Assembly: GCA_016935095.1 (NCBI GenBank)
Contig: JAFGRO010000002.1
Coordinates: 3,306 to 67,305, forward strand
Source of the DNA: Candidatus Woesearchaeota archaeon
Lineage (GTDB): Archaea; Nanobdellota; Nanobdellia; Woesearchaeales; GW2011-AR15
DNA: 64,000 nucleotides
Direction: 5' to 3'
Position numbers and translations under genes: made by a program. The notes under the pieces were generated by a model, which had not been told where the DNA came from, made no database searches, and saw nothing but the letters and a program-made list of their open reading frames with translations. This document shows, piece by piece, positions 9,229 through 17,664 of the stretch. Every line of letters begins with the position of its first letter. The first letter of the stretch is position 1.

Positions 9229-10365
9229 TTATTCCAGCATCTCAAATGTAATTAAAGTGTCTTTTTTAATATCCTCTTTTGCTTTTCTTCCAATGATTTT
9301 TTCTAAAAATCTCGGGTGCAGACCCATGCCCGGTCTTTTAATTATTAAATCTTTCTTTTCTATTAACTTGCCTTTATTGATGTCTTTATCTGAGATTATG
9401 CTTTTTCTTGTAATTTTTGCAATTCGTAACTCTGCGTCATATGGTTTTTTTTCAGGTGACCCGAGGATTTTTTCAATATTATCTAATTTCAGATTCTCAC
9501 CAAATTGTTTATTAATCTCTTCAAAAGCCTGTTTTGGAGAGAGAATCTTATTATTAAAAATAAATCTTGAATATTTCATTATTTTTTCAATTTCATCAGG
9601 TTCAGCAGAAGCTTTGTGGTCAGGGCCATACATTTTTTTATCAAGTGTAAAATGTTTTTCAATTACATTAGCGTTAAGACATGCCGCTATTACAGATGCT
9701 TCAATTCCCTCACTATGATCCGAGAATCCGACCAGACAATTAAATTCATTTTTAAGTGTAAGCATTGCTCTCAGGTTAATTTTATCAAGAAGCGTTGGAT
9801 AATTAGTAGTGCATTGCAGTAATATGAGTTGGTCATTATTTTTCTTAATCACATCTACAGCTTCTCTGACTTCCTGTAAATTAGCCATTCCCGTACTAAG
9901 AAAGATTGGTTTGCCTAATCTTGAAACATAATCTAAAAACGGCAAATTAGTCAAATCTCCTGAACCAATTTTAAATCCGGGAATTCCAATTTTATCAAGA
10001 ACATCAGCACTCCATTTGCCGCAGTGAGGTGTTGATAAAAAAATAATCCCCTTCTTGTCACAGTACTCTTTCATGATTTTGTGTTGCTCTTCTGTTAATT
10101 CTATCCTTTTTAATAATTCAAGATAACTTTCATCACTTCCTGTGTTTTTTTTTGAATACTCGACCTGTTCTGTTTTTTCTGTTACAAGCAGTTCTGCTTT
10201 AAAAAGCTGGAACTTAATACTATCAACACCGATTTCCAGGGCTTTGTCAACTAATTCCTTTGCAATTTTAATATCTCCGTTATGGTTGACTCCGGCTTCA
10301 GCAATAATAAAGCAGGGATGATTTTGTCCGATTATTTTGTTGCCAATCTTAATTTTATCTTTCAT
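9229..10365 (-). CDS. Nonulosonate synthase (NeuB/LegI-like), copy 2, with C-terminal SAF domain
   Basis: CFIIAEAGVNHNGDIKIAKELVDKALEIG is the NeuB signature. The C-terminal ~60 aa look like a SAF antifreeze-like domain (LIIKRPGMGL). Confidence 0.9.
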   Translation of the reverse strand: MKDKIKIGNKIIGQNHPCFIIAEAGVNHNGDIKIAKELVDKALEIGVDSIKFQLFKAELLVTEKTEQVEYSKKNTGSDESYLELLKRIELTEEQHKIMKEYCDKKGIIFLSTPHCGKWSADVLDKIGIPGFKIGSGDLTNLPFLDYVSRLGKPIFLSTGMANLQEVREAVDVIKKNNDQLILLQCTTNYPTLLDKINLRAMLTLKNEFNCLVGFSDHSEGIEASVIAACLNANVIEKHFTLDKKMYGPDHKASAEPDEIEKIMKYSRFIFNNKILSPKQAFEEINKQFGENLKLDNIEKILGSPEKKPYDAELRIAKITRKSIISDKDINKGKLIEKKDLIIKRPGMGLHPRFLEKIIGRKAKEDIKKDTLITFEMLE

Positions 10366-11582
10366 TTCTCAGTCTCCCATATTGGGTGTCTCAGCTTCCA
10401 TTCTCCTTTTTCCTTTTTCCATAAATGAGGCGACCTGAATTTATCCGCTGTCTCAAAAAATTCATCTTTGCTCATATCCAGATACTCTAAAAATTCTTTG
10501 AAATATCGTTTTGGAAATTCTGAATCAAATTTCTTTACTAATGCAATCCCTTCATCCCTTGTGATCTTTTTATTCCTTATCTCCTGGGATGCATCATAGG
10601 TTGCTCTTCCAATCCCGAATTTGATAAGAGTTGTCCAATAATGATAAGGGTCTGTCTTGTCATCAATACTGTTATATTTTGAATAAGTTCCTTCGGTTCT
10701 CTGGTCATTTGGCTGAAACCCTATCTTTTCAACAGCAAAATAATAAGCTTCCTGGGGATCCCATTTCTCATAATAGCCGACGTAGTGTACATTGATTTCT
10801 TTATTATTTGCACTATCCGGATCAAGAGGAAGATAAGGATCAAGGTCAGTCATAGTTAATCCGTATTTTTTAATAAGCTCTCTGACCTGCACTCCTCCAA
10901 GGAATAAATTCATATAATCTCCATGTAAATGAAATTTTTTTTCTCTGAGAGAAGAAAGAACATCTTTTTTTGGGTTGCCGTATTCTGCTTCATTTTCACC
11001 GTAAAATACTAGAGGGACATCATACTTTAATGCAAATTTAGCCCCAATGTTTTTTTGTCCGAGAATAAACGGCTGGAATGGGTGAAGTAAATTGACAAAT
11101 GCTAATCTCGTTAATAACCTGTGTACCTTGCCATTTGGTGTAAACAGTATATTGTCAAATCCCCCTTTTTGAGTCCATGCGCGGAAATTACGCCACCCGT
11201 AAGGTGTAAATAAATGAGGTGCCCATGTAACAGTAAGAGGGTTCATATTGTATTTGTATTTTAACAGCCATGCTGCCATTGTGCTATCCTTGCCTCCGCT
11301 TCCCGGCACTATGCAATCATACCTACCCTCTGTTCTTCTGTATTTGTCACATAATCTTTTTAATTCTTTTTCTCTTTTTTTCCAGTCGATTTTCTCTTTT
11401 AATTCTGAAACTCTGCATGCATCGCAGATTCCTTCTTCATCAAAGTTGATGGTGTGTTTTTTGGATTTAACTGTATGTCTGAATTCCAGTGAAGAAGAAG
11501 GTCTTTGATTTGAAATAACACAATGTTTGCAGTATTTCACTTCTTTTGGTAATCCATAATATGCTTCTACGTTATTGTTCAT
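10362..11582 (-). CDS. N-acetyl sugar amidotransferase (WbuX/PseA/AglX family; PP-loop ATP pyrophosphatase)
   Basis: N-terminal Zn-ribbon cysteines (CKHCVISNQRP...GICDACR). PP-loop SGGKDS. Immediately upstream of a HisF/HisH paralog, as in the WbuXYZ / AglXYZ systems. Confidence 0.8.
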   Translation of the reverse strand: MNNNVEAYYGLPKEVKYCKHCVISNQRPSSSLEFRHTVKSKKHTINFDEEGICDACRVSELKEKIDWKKREKELKRLCDKYRRTEGRYDCIVPGSGGKDSTMAAWLLKYKYNMNPLTVTWAPHLFTPYGWRNFRAWTQKGGFDNILFTPNGKVHRLLTRLAFVNLLHPFQPFILGQKNIGAKFALKYDVPLVFYGENEAEYGNPKKDVLSSLREKKFHLHGDYMNLFLGGVQVRELIKKYGLTMTDLDPYLPLDPDSANNKEINVHYVGYYEKWDPQEAYYFAVEKIGFQPNDQRTEGTYSKYNSIDDKTDPYHYWTTLIKFGIGRATYDASQEIRNKKITRDEGIALVKKFDSEFPKRYFKEFLEYLDMSKDEFFETADKFRSPHLWKKEKGEWKLRHPIWETEK

Positions 11583-11592
11583 TTTTTCACCT

Positions 11593-13026
11593 TTATAAAG
11601 AACTAAAATATTGTATTATACTCATACCCAATGCTCCGCTTTTTTCCGGGTGGAACTGTGTTGCAAACAGACTGTCTCTTCTTAATATTGAGCAGAATTT
11701 CTGCTCACCGTATGTTGTTATTGCAACAATATTTTTCGGGTTTTCAGGATAAACATAATATGAATGAATAAAATAAGCTTCTGAGCAAGAAGACTTATTT
11801 GAAATAAACTCATTAAAGAATCCATTATTAGGTGTTAACTTATTCCAACCCATGTGAGGGATCCTGTAATATGTGTCCTTAACCTCTTTTTTAGGTTTAA
11901 AAGGAACTACTTTTCCCTGTATAATATCAAGCCCTTTATGATGTCCGAACTCAAAGCTTTCACTCATCAATACCTGCATTCCGAGACAGATTCCTAAAAA
12001 AGGTTTATTGTTCTTAATATATTTTTTAATCGGTTCAATAAAACCCCTGTTTTTAAGCTCCTGCATAGCATAACCAAATGCCCCGTCCCCTGGTAAAACC
12101 AAAAGGCTTGACTTTAGGATCTCTTCAGGATTTTCAATAATCTTTACTTTGTTCCCAAAAAACCTGAAAGCATTTACAACACTTTGTAAATTGCCTGCTC
12201 CGTAATCAATAACAGAGAGGGTCTTTTTATTATTGATATTTGGCTGTTCAACTTGCCATTCATTTTTTTCTCTCATTAAAAAATTATTTTTTTTAAGGTA
12301 AGCTTTTACTTGGTCTATAGATGTTTCATTATAATGTAAGATTGTACCAAAAGCAACAGCATCACATCTGGTTACTTCAAGACAATTCAGTATATCTGCT
12401 TCATTAGAAGCTCCTCCGCAAGCTATAACCGGCACATCAACCACAGATGAGATCTTTTTTATTAGTTCAACATCATATCCTTTTCTTGTCCCTTCCTTAT
12501 CCACAGAAGTAACAAGCAATTCTCCTGCACCTAATTCAACTAATTTTTTTGCCCATTCAATAGCATCTAGATTTGTTCTTTCCCTTCCGCAGTCAATATA
12601 GTTCTCCCATTTATCTTCTCCATGATATTTTGCTTCAATAGAGCCTACTATACACTGTGATCCGAACATTCTTGAAGCCTGATTAATAAATCCGGGATTT
12701 CTTATTGCAGCAGTATTAATTGCAACTTTATCTGCTCCTGCTCTCAGCAGTTTCTTAATATCTTCTATGGTCCTTATACCTCCTCCGACAGTGATAGGAA
12801 TAAAAATCCCGTTAGAGGTTGTATTTTCAACTACCTCAAGAAGATTGTTTCGCTCGTATAAACTGGCAACAATATCAATATAAATTATTTCATCAGCTCC
12901 TGACTCATAATACTTCTTAGCAAGCAAATCAGGCTTGCCTACAACTCTTAAACCTTCCATTTGTATTCCCTTGACAACATTAGGTCCCTTTACATCCAGT
13001 CTTGGAATAATTCTGATTTTCTTCAT
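11593..13026 (-). CDS. Fused imidazole-glycerol-phosphate-synthase-like protein: HisF-like cyclase domain (WbuZ) at the N-terminus and HisH-like class I glutamine amidotransferase (WbuY) at the C-terminus
   Basis: N-terminus IIPRLDVKGPNVVKGIQMEGLRVVGKP plus a second half-barrel (VTSVDKEGTRKGYD) give a HisF fold. C-terminus LSVIDYGAGNLQSVVNAFRFFG...GICLGMQVL...FHPEKS carries the GATase Cys-His-Glu triad. Confidence 0.85.
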   Translation of the reverse strand: MKKIRIIPRLDVKGPNVVKGIQMEGLRVVGKPDLLAKKYYESGADEIIYIDIVASLYERNNLLEVVENTTSNGIFIPITVGGGIRTIEDIKKLLRAGADKVAINTAAIRNPGFINQASRMFGSQCIVGSIEAKYHGEDKWENYIDCGRERTNLDAIEWAKKLVELGAGELLVTSVDKEGTRKGYDVELIKKISSVVDVPVIACGGASNEADILNCLEVTRCDAVAFGTILHYNETSIDQVKAYLKKNNFLMREKNEWQVEQPNINNKKTLSVIDYGAGNLQSVVNAFRFFGNKVKIIENPEEILKSSLLVLPGDGAFGYAMQELKNRGFIEPIKKYIKNNKPFLGICLGMQVLMSESFEFGHHKGLDIIQGKVVPFKPKKEVKDTYYRIPHMGWNKLTPNNGFFNEFISNKSSCSEAYFIHSYYVYPENPKNIVAITTYGEQKFCSILRRDSLFATQFHPEKSGALGMSIIQYFSSL

Positions 13027-13721
13027 TTTATCTCCATTAATTTTTCAGCTATCTTCCAGTCAATAGGCTCATCAATATCTATAGAACTGATCTTATCCAT
13101 AGGAAAGGGGAATACCCTTTTTCCATAGCCATAATTACCTGATTTAAAAATTACATCTGATGTGTAAATATAAATAGCCCCGTTTATTTCATAGGTTTCT
13201 TCTTCATCCTGTGTTCTTAAGACATTAAAATCATTCTCAAAAAGAAATCTTACTTGATTTTTCTCTTTTTTTAAAATCCACTGCGGACCAAGATGTCTCT
13301 TTGTCACAGAAAACAATGTGTCTGCATTATTGTCAGCAAATATTTTTATTGCAGAATCAATATGCTCGGCTTTTCTTAATGGAGATGTTGGTTGCAGCAG
13401 GACAACAATATCCGGAATATATTTCTCATTTGCATTCAGATAATTTAAAACATGCTTTAATACATCAATTGATTTAGACGTATCTTCTGCAAGTTCTTTT
13501 GGTCTGTCGATAATCTCCGCTTTGTATAGCAATGCACTGGCTTTTATTTCAGGGTCTTCAGTAGATACTATTGTCCTGTCAATATATTTTGAGTTTAGGG
13601 ATTGCTCAATAGAATAAGCAATTAACGGCCTGCCTTTTAATAATCTAATATTTTTTTTTTTAATTCTTTTAGAGCCGCCTCTGGCAGGAATTATTGAGAT
13701 AATCTTTCTCTTACCATACAT
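13023..13721 (-). CDS. Acylneuraminate cytidylyltransferase family (CMP-nonulosonate synthetase), copy 2
   Basis: IISIIPARGGSKRIKKKNIRLLKGRPLIAYSIEQS is a CTP_transf_3 signature. 4-nt overlap with the downstream gene. Confidence 0.85.
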   Translation of the reverse strand: MYGKRKIISIIPARGGSKRIKKKNIRLLKGRPLIAYSIEQSLNSKYIDRTIVSTEDPEIKASALLYKAEIIDRPKELAEDTSKSIDVLKHVLNYLNANEKYIPDIVVLLQPTSPLRKAEHIDSAIKIFADNNADTLFSVTKRHLGPQWILKKEKNQVRFLFENDFNVLRTQDEEETYEINGAIYIYTSDVIFKSGNYGYGKRVFPFPMDKISSIDIDEPIDWKIAEKLMEIK

Positions 13722-14220
13722 AAGGATCTACCCTGTCTTTATCATCATATTCCTTCAGTTTAAGCAGGTCATATGTTTCGAATTTGTATGCTACAGTTGT
13801 AAGTGATTCAGACCACTCGCTGATAAGATTGCTGTTCTTCTTTTTAATCTCGTCACTTACCCTTGCCAAATCCTCATGGTTTTTGGCAATTATGACAAGT
13901 GTGAAATCATATTCACCTGAGATTGAAAATACTTCTGCAATTCGCGGGTGTTTTACTACAAATTCTATGAATGATTGTACTTTTTTATGGTCATAGTTGT
14001 GCAACTTTACTTTTATGTCTACAATATAGGGATATCCAAGAATCCTTGGTCTCAGCTGGATTTTCGGGTTAAAAATCTTTTCTTTTCTCATCTTTTCAAT
14101 TCTTTTTTTTACTGAGTCAACAGAAAGCCCGACCTTTTTAGCTATGTCAGTCAGTGACATCCTGCAGTCTTCCTGAAGCAGATTCAGAATAAGACAGTTT
14201 TTTTTGTCTAAATCAACCAT
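13711..14220 (-). CDS. lrp: Lrp/AsnC-family transcriptional regulator (HTH plus RAM domain), first gene of the 14-kb operon
   Basis: N-terminal HTH LLQEDCRMSLTDIAKKVGLSVDSVKKRIEKM. C-terminal RAM/AsnC_trans_reg-like domain. 169 aa is typical for archaeal Lrp. Confidence 0.85.
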   Translation of the reverse strand: MVDLDKKNCLILNLLQEDCRMSLTDIAKKVGLSVDSVKKRIEKMRKEKIFNPKIQLRPRILGYPYIVDIKVKLHNYDHKKVQSFIEFVVKHPRIAEVFSISGEYDFTLVIIAKNHEDLARVSDEIKKKNSNLISEWSESLTTVAYKFETYDLLKLKEYDDKDRVDPYVW

Positions 14221-14324
14221 CGATTGAAAACCTCCGTTTTTTTGACAAATTATTGTGCCTTCGCTTATTTTTTAGTATCAATTGTTATATTTAAATTAAG
14301 CAAAGGCTTTTCATATATGTAATT

Positions 14325-14403
14325 AAAATTTAAGATTCATATTTATATTTTTCGTATTTTTTCGTATTTTTTCTGGTTTTTATCTTAAAATTTAAGATTT
14401 CAT
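14325..14403. promoter_or_regulatory. Divergent promoter/operator region. Two 16-17-nt direct repeats (AAAATTTAAGATT(T)CAT at 14325-14340 and 14387-14403) flank a tandem 10-bp repeat (TTCGTATTTT x2 plus a degenerate third copy, 14351-14380) and an A/T-rich TATA-like element (ATTTATATTT).
   Basis: Read directly from the sequence. Lies between the divergently transcribed lrp (minus) and a B12-radical-SAM gene (plus). The 10-bp period matches one helical turn. Confidence 0.5.
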
Positions 14404-14507
14404 TAAATAAATTAGAGATAAAATCGGCTTAAGTATATAAAAAAGGATATTTCAGGTACTTTTTTAAATTAAACTTAATTTTCAGGATTAGAAAAAGTGA
14501 TGTAGCA

Positions 14508-15953
14508 ATGTTCACAAAAAAAAACAAAGTATTGTTTATAATTCATGATGTATACCAGGAAGATAATCAGTTTCCATTAGGTCCAGGTTATCTTGCTGCT
14601 GTTCTTAATGATAAAGGAGCTTATGTTGAATCATACTGTATGGATATATTTCATTATACCCATGAGCAGCTGGCAGAGCATTTGCAGAAAAACGAGTATG
14701 ATTTAATATGTCTGGGCTTTTTAGCTGCCAGGTTCAAGGAAACAGTTCTTGATTTAAGCAGAGTTATTAATCAGAATAAGAAAAATGCATGGCTTGTTTT
14801 AGGTGGTCACGGTCCCTCTCCGATTCCTGAATATGTGCTAAAAACCACACAGGCAGATGTTATTGCTATAGGCGAGGCAGAAAACACTATTGTTGAATTA
14901 TTAAAATGCAAAATATCAGATGGTGATTTATCAGAAGTGCATGGCATTGCTTACCCTGAAAATAATGAAATAAGAATAACGCAAAAAAATAATATTGTTA
15001 AAAATCTGGACAACATCCCTTTTCCCTTGTGGGATATATTTCCAATGGCTAAATATACTACTTGTTTACAATTATTTAATCAGGAGTCAAATGAAAAAAG
15101 TTTTGTATTCCTCACGAGCAGGGGCTGTGTAAACAGGTGTAATTTCTGCTACAGGCTTGAAAAAGGGCTGAGATTAAGAAGTATATCAAATATTATTGAA
15201 GAATTCAGACAATTATATGACAGATATGGTTTGAATTGTTATTTTTTCATGGATGAATTATTTGTATTAAATAAAAAACGGTTATTGGAATTTGAAAAAG
15301 CACTTAAAGATGCAAATCTGAAAATAAAATTCTCCTGCAATGCAAGAGTTGACATTATGGATGAAGAAATGGTGAGGATTCTTAAAAGATGCGGCTGCCA
15401 ATTTATAAATTTCGGTTTTGAATCAAGCGATGATAATGTGCTTAAACTCATGAATAAAAATGCGACTGTTGAACAAAATATAAGGACGCTTGAGGTTGTT
15501 AAGAAGGTAGGAGGAATAGGGATGGGTCTTAATTTTCTCTGGAATAATTTAGGTGATAGCGAAAGAACCCTGAAGCAGAATGTTGCATTAATAAAGAGAT
15601 ACAACACATATGACCAATGCCGTACAATCAGACCTGTTACGCCTTATCCCGGATCTGATTTATATTATAAATTGATTGAGCTAGGGAAACTAAAAGGTCC
15701 TGAAGATTTTTTTAACAGGTTTATAAATTCAGATTTAATTTTAGTTAACCTTATGGATATGCCAGATAAAGAAGCATATCAGCATTTGTTAAAAGCAAAC
15801 ACAGAGCTTATTCTTGACCATTATAAGCATACCCAAGGAGATATGGAAAAGGCAAATGCGCTTATCCGGAAATTCAAAGACTTGTATGAGGGCAGGATAA
15901 CTAATTTTCGTGGTGCCAGGCATTATAACAAAAACGAGCAACAGAGTAAATAG
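14508..15953 (+). CDS. Cobalamin-binding (B12) radical SAM protein, class B radical-SAM family
   Basis: N-terminal B12-binding-like Rossmann domain (KVLFIIHDVYQ...LGPGYLAAVL...DLICLG). Radical-SAM cluster motif RGCVNRCNFCY (CxxxCxxC). Confidence 0.85.
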   Translation: MFTKKNKVLFIIHDVYQEDNQFPLGPGYLAAVLNDKGAYVESYCMDIFHYTHEQLAEHLQKNEYDLICLGFLAARFKETVLDLSRVINQNKKNAWLVLGGHGPSPIPEYVLKTTQADVIAIGEAENTIVELLKCKISDGDLSEVHGIAYPENNEIRITQKNNIVKNLDNIPFPLWDIFPMAKYTTCLQLFNQESNEKSFVFLTSRGCVNRCNFCYRLEKGLRLRSISNIIEEFRQLYDRYGLNCYFFMDELFVLNKKRLLEFEKALKDANLKIKFSCNARVDIMDEEMVRILKRCGCQFINFGFESSDDNVLKLMNKNATVEQNIRTLEVVKKVGGIGMGLNFLWNNLGDSERTLKQNVALIKRYNTYDQCRTIRPVTPYPGSDLYYKLIELGKLKGPEDFFNRFINSDLILVNLMDMPDKEAYQHLLKANTELILDHYKHTQGDMEKANALIRKFKDLYEGRITNFRGARHYNKNEQQSK

Positions 15954-15984
15954 ATTATTTAAATGCAATCATGTTCGTCTTAAA

Positions 15985-17610
15985 TCAGGTTCCGGCAATT
16001 CTGTAAATCTCTTTTACAATATTTTCTGTCCCGTTAAAAGGCTGATATAAATATTTTTCAATCTCTCTCCGGTTTTTATTAAGGACTTTTGTGAGTTTAT
16101 TTTTATTATTCACAATCCTGGCTACCTTTGAAAAATCATCTTTTATTCCCTGTTTTATAATGGTTTCTAGTTCATTGTATTCATAACCGCCGATTTGCTC
16201 ATATCCCGGAACAACAAAATAAACAACCAGTTTGTTCATCAGGATTGTATCAATCATACAGGTTGATCCGAAAGAAATGCAGAACAGGCTGTTCTTTATT
16301 AAATTGTGCAGTATTTTCTGGTTATTGTGATCACTTTTAGACCTTATTATCTCAATATCCATATCTTTGAATCTGTTCTTGAAGTTGTAATATGAATTAA
16401 TCAGCTTTTCAGCCGGGTGCAGTTTAATTTTAACCTTATTAAATCCTCTGTTTTTGAGGTTTTTCAGTATGGTCTCAATAATGGATGAATATTGCTTTTT
16501 GCTAAAATAATTATCTTCAACAACAGGCTGGGTAAATAAGAGAACATATTGTCCTGAAATATCCTGATTCTGCTGTATCTCAAATTTAAGATCTTCAAAT
16601 AAATTAGTTCCTGTTGCAATTATTCGTTTTAAAGCTTCCTTGTTTTGGTATTTGGCAATAATCTTTCTTTGGGGTTTTCCGAATGTAAAATAATATTGCT
16701 TTTCCAAAAGATAAAGATACTCCAATTCAAATAATGGTCCGTGCTGGATTATAACAGAAGGAATATTTCCTGTATGTGCAGCGGCATGCGCACATTCATC
16801 TAAAAGGCCCCAGGTAGAAAATATCAGCTTGATCTTCCTTTGCTTTATGATTTTTTCAAATGTATAATAATATAAAAAGACAATACTTAACCACTCTTCT
16901 GAAAACAGGAAATTAAATTCTTCTTCAATATAGGGATAGAATGATTTGTTTTTGAGAGCAAGTATCTTTTTTATTTTATTTTTACTGAGCCTTTTCCATT
17001 TGAAATTATACTCCCTGGCTTTACGCAGGGATTTTTTAAACAGGGTATCATCAAAAAAATCTTCTGCCCTTAGAAAATCCATGCTTGGCTTAATATTTGA
17101 GAAATATGATAAGGGTTGTATCGAAACTAAATTGCATTCAAATTTATTATCTTTTTTTATTTTTTCAATGATGCTGCTCAGCCTGTAGGCAGTTACTTTG
17201 TCATTTATTGTCCGGATCTGGTCTGCATATGTCTGGAACAATATCCCTTCTCTGCTGCAATTAGTTGTCTCGGGCCTGTTCAATTTCCAGGTAAACCACC
17301 TGAAATAAAAAACAAATTTTAGATACATTAAGACAAGGCCAAATGCAATCTTCTTATTTATTTTATATAAAATGCTTCTCTTCTTATTCTTCAGGTATGC
17401 ATTAATATTGTCCTGTAAATTCCAGGATCTTATATTAAACGGCGTTCTGATTAATTTATCCTTTAGAAACCAAAATAAGGGAATTCCATTAAAATCAAGA
17501 AATTTGCCGGTTTCTATATCCTTACCTTTATATTCCGCAAATTTATAAATTAAATATCTTACCTTTTCCAGAATTTCATTACTCATTTGTATGGACCTTT
17601 GATTATTCAT
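15985..17610 (-). CDS. Membrane-anchored GT-B-like glycosyltransferase-like protein, paralog of 2817..4454
   Basis: Shares with 2817..4454 its architecture and the CAHAAAHTGNIPSVIIQHGP motif, a hydrophobic helix near residue 100 (FGLVLMYLKFVFYFRWF), and a C-terminal GT-B-like segment (FCISFGSTCMIDTILMNKLVVYF). Confidence 0.5.
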   Translation of the reverse strand: MNNQRSIQMSNEILEKVRYLIYKFAEYKGKDIETGKFLDFNGIPLFWFLKDKLIRTPFNIRSWNLQDNINAYLKNKKRSILYKINKKIAFGLVLMYLKFVFYFRWFTWKLNRPETTNCSREGILFQTYADQIRTINDKVTAYRLSSIIEKIKKDNKFECNLVSIQPLSYFSNIKPSMDFLRAEDFFDDTLFKKSLRKAREYNFKWKRLSKNKIKKILALKNKSFYPYIEEEFNFLFSEEWLSIVFLYYYTFEKIIKQRKIKLIFSTWGLLDECAHAAAHTGNIPSVIIQHGPLFELEYLYLLEKQYYFTFGKPQRKIIAKYQNKEALKRIIATGTNLFEDLKFEIQQNQDISGQYVLLFTQPVVEDNYFSKKQYSSIIETILKNLKNRGFNKVKIKLHPAEKLINSYYNFKNRFKDMDIEIIRSKSDHNNQKILHNLIKNSLFCISFGSTCMIDTILMNKLVVYFVVPGYEQIGGYEYNELETIIKQGIKDDFSKVARIVNNKNKLTKVLNKNRREIEKYLYQPFNGTENIVKEIYRIAGT

Positions 17611-17664
17611 CCTATAAACTTTTCTAAGTAAACTATTTAAAAACCTTTTCTTTCTTTTTAAAAG

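Noticed and set aside
14341-14380. Possible CRISPR-like or minisatellite array (TTCGTATTTT repeats)
   Set aside because: Only 2.5 copies of a 10-bp unit with no spacers of CRISPR size (repeats of about 24-37 nt with similar-length unique spacers would be needed). Better explained as a promoter/operator tandem repeat. No cas genes in the window.
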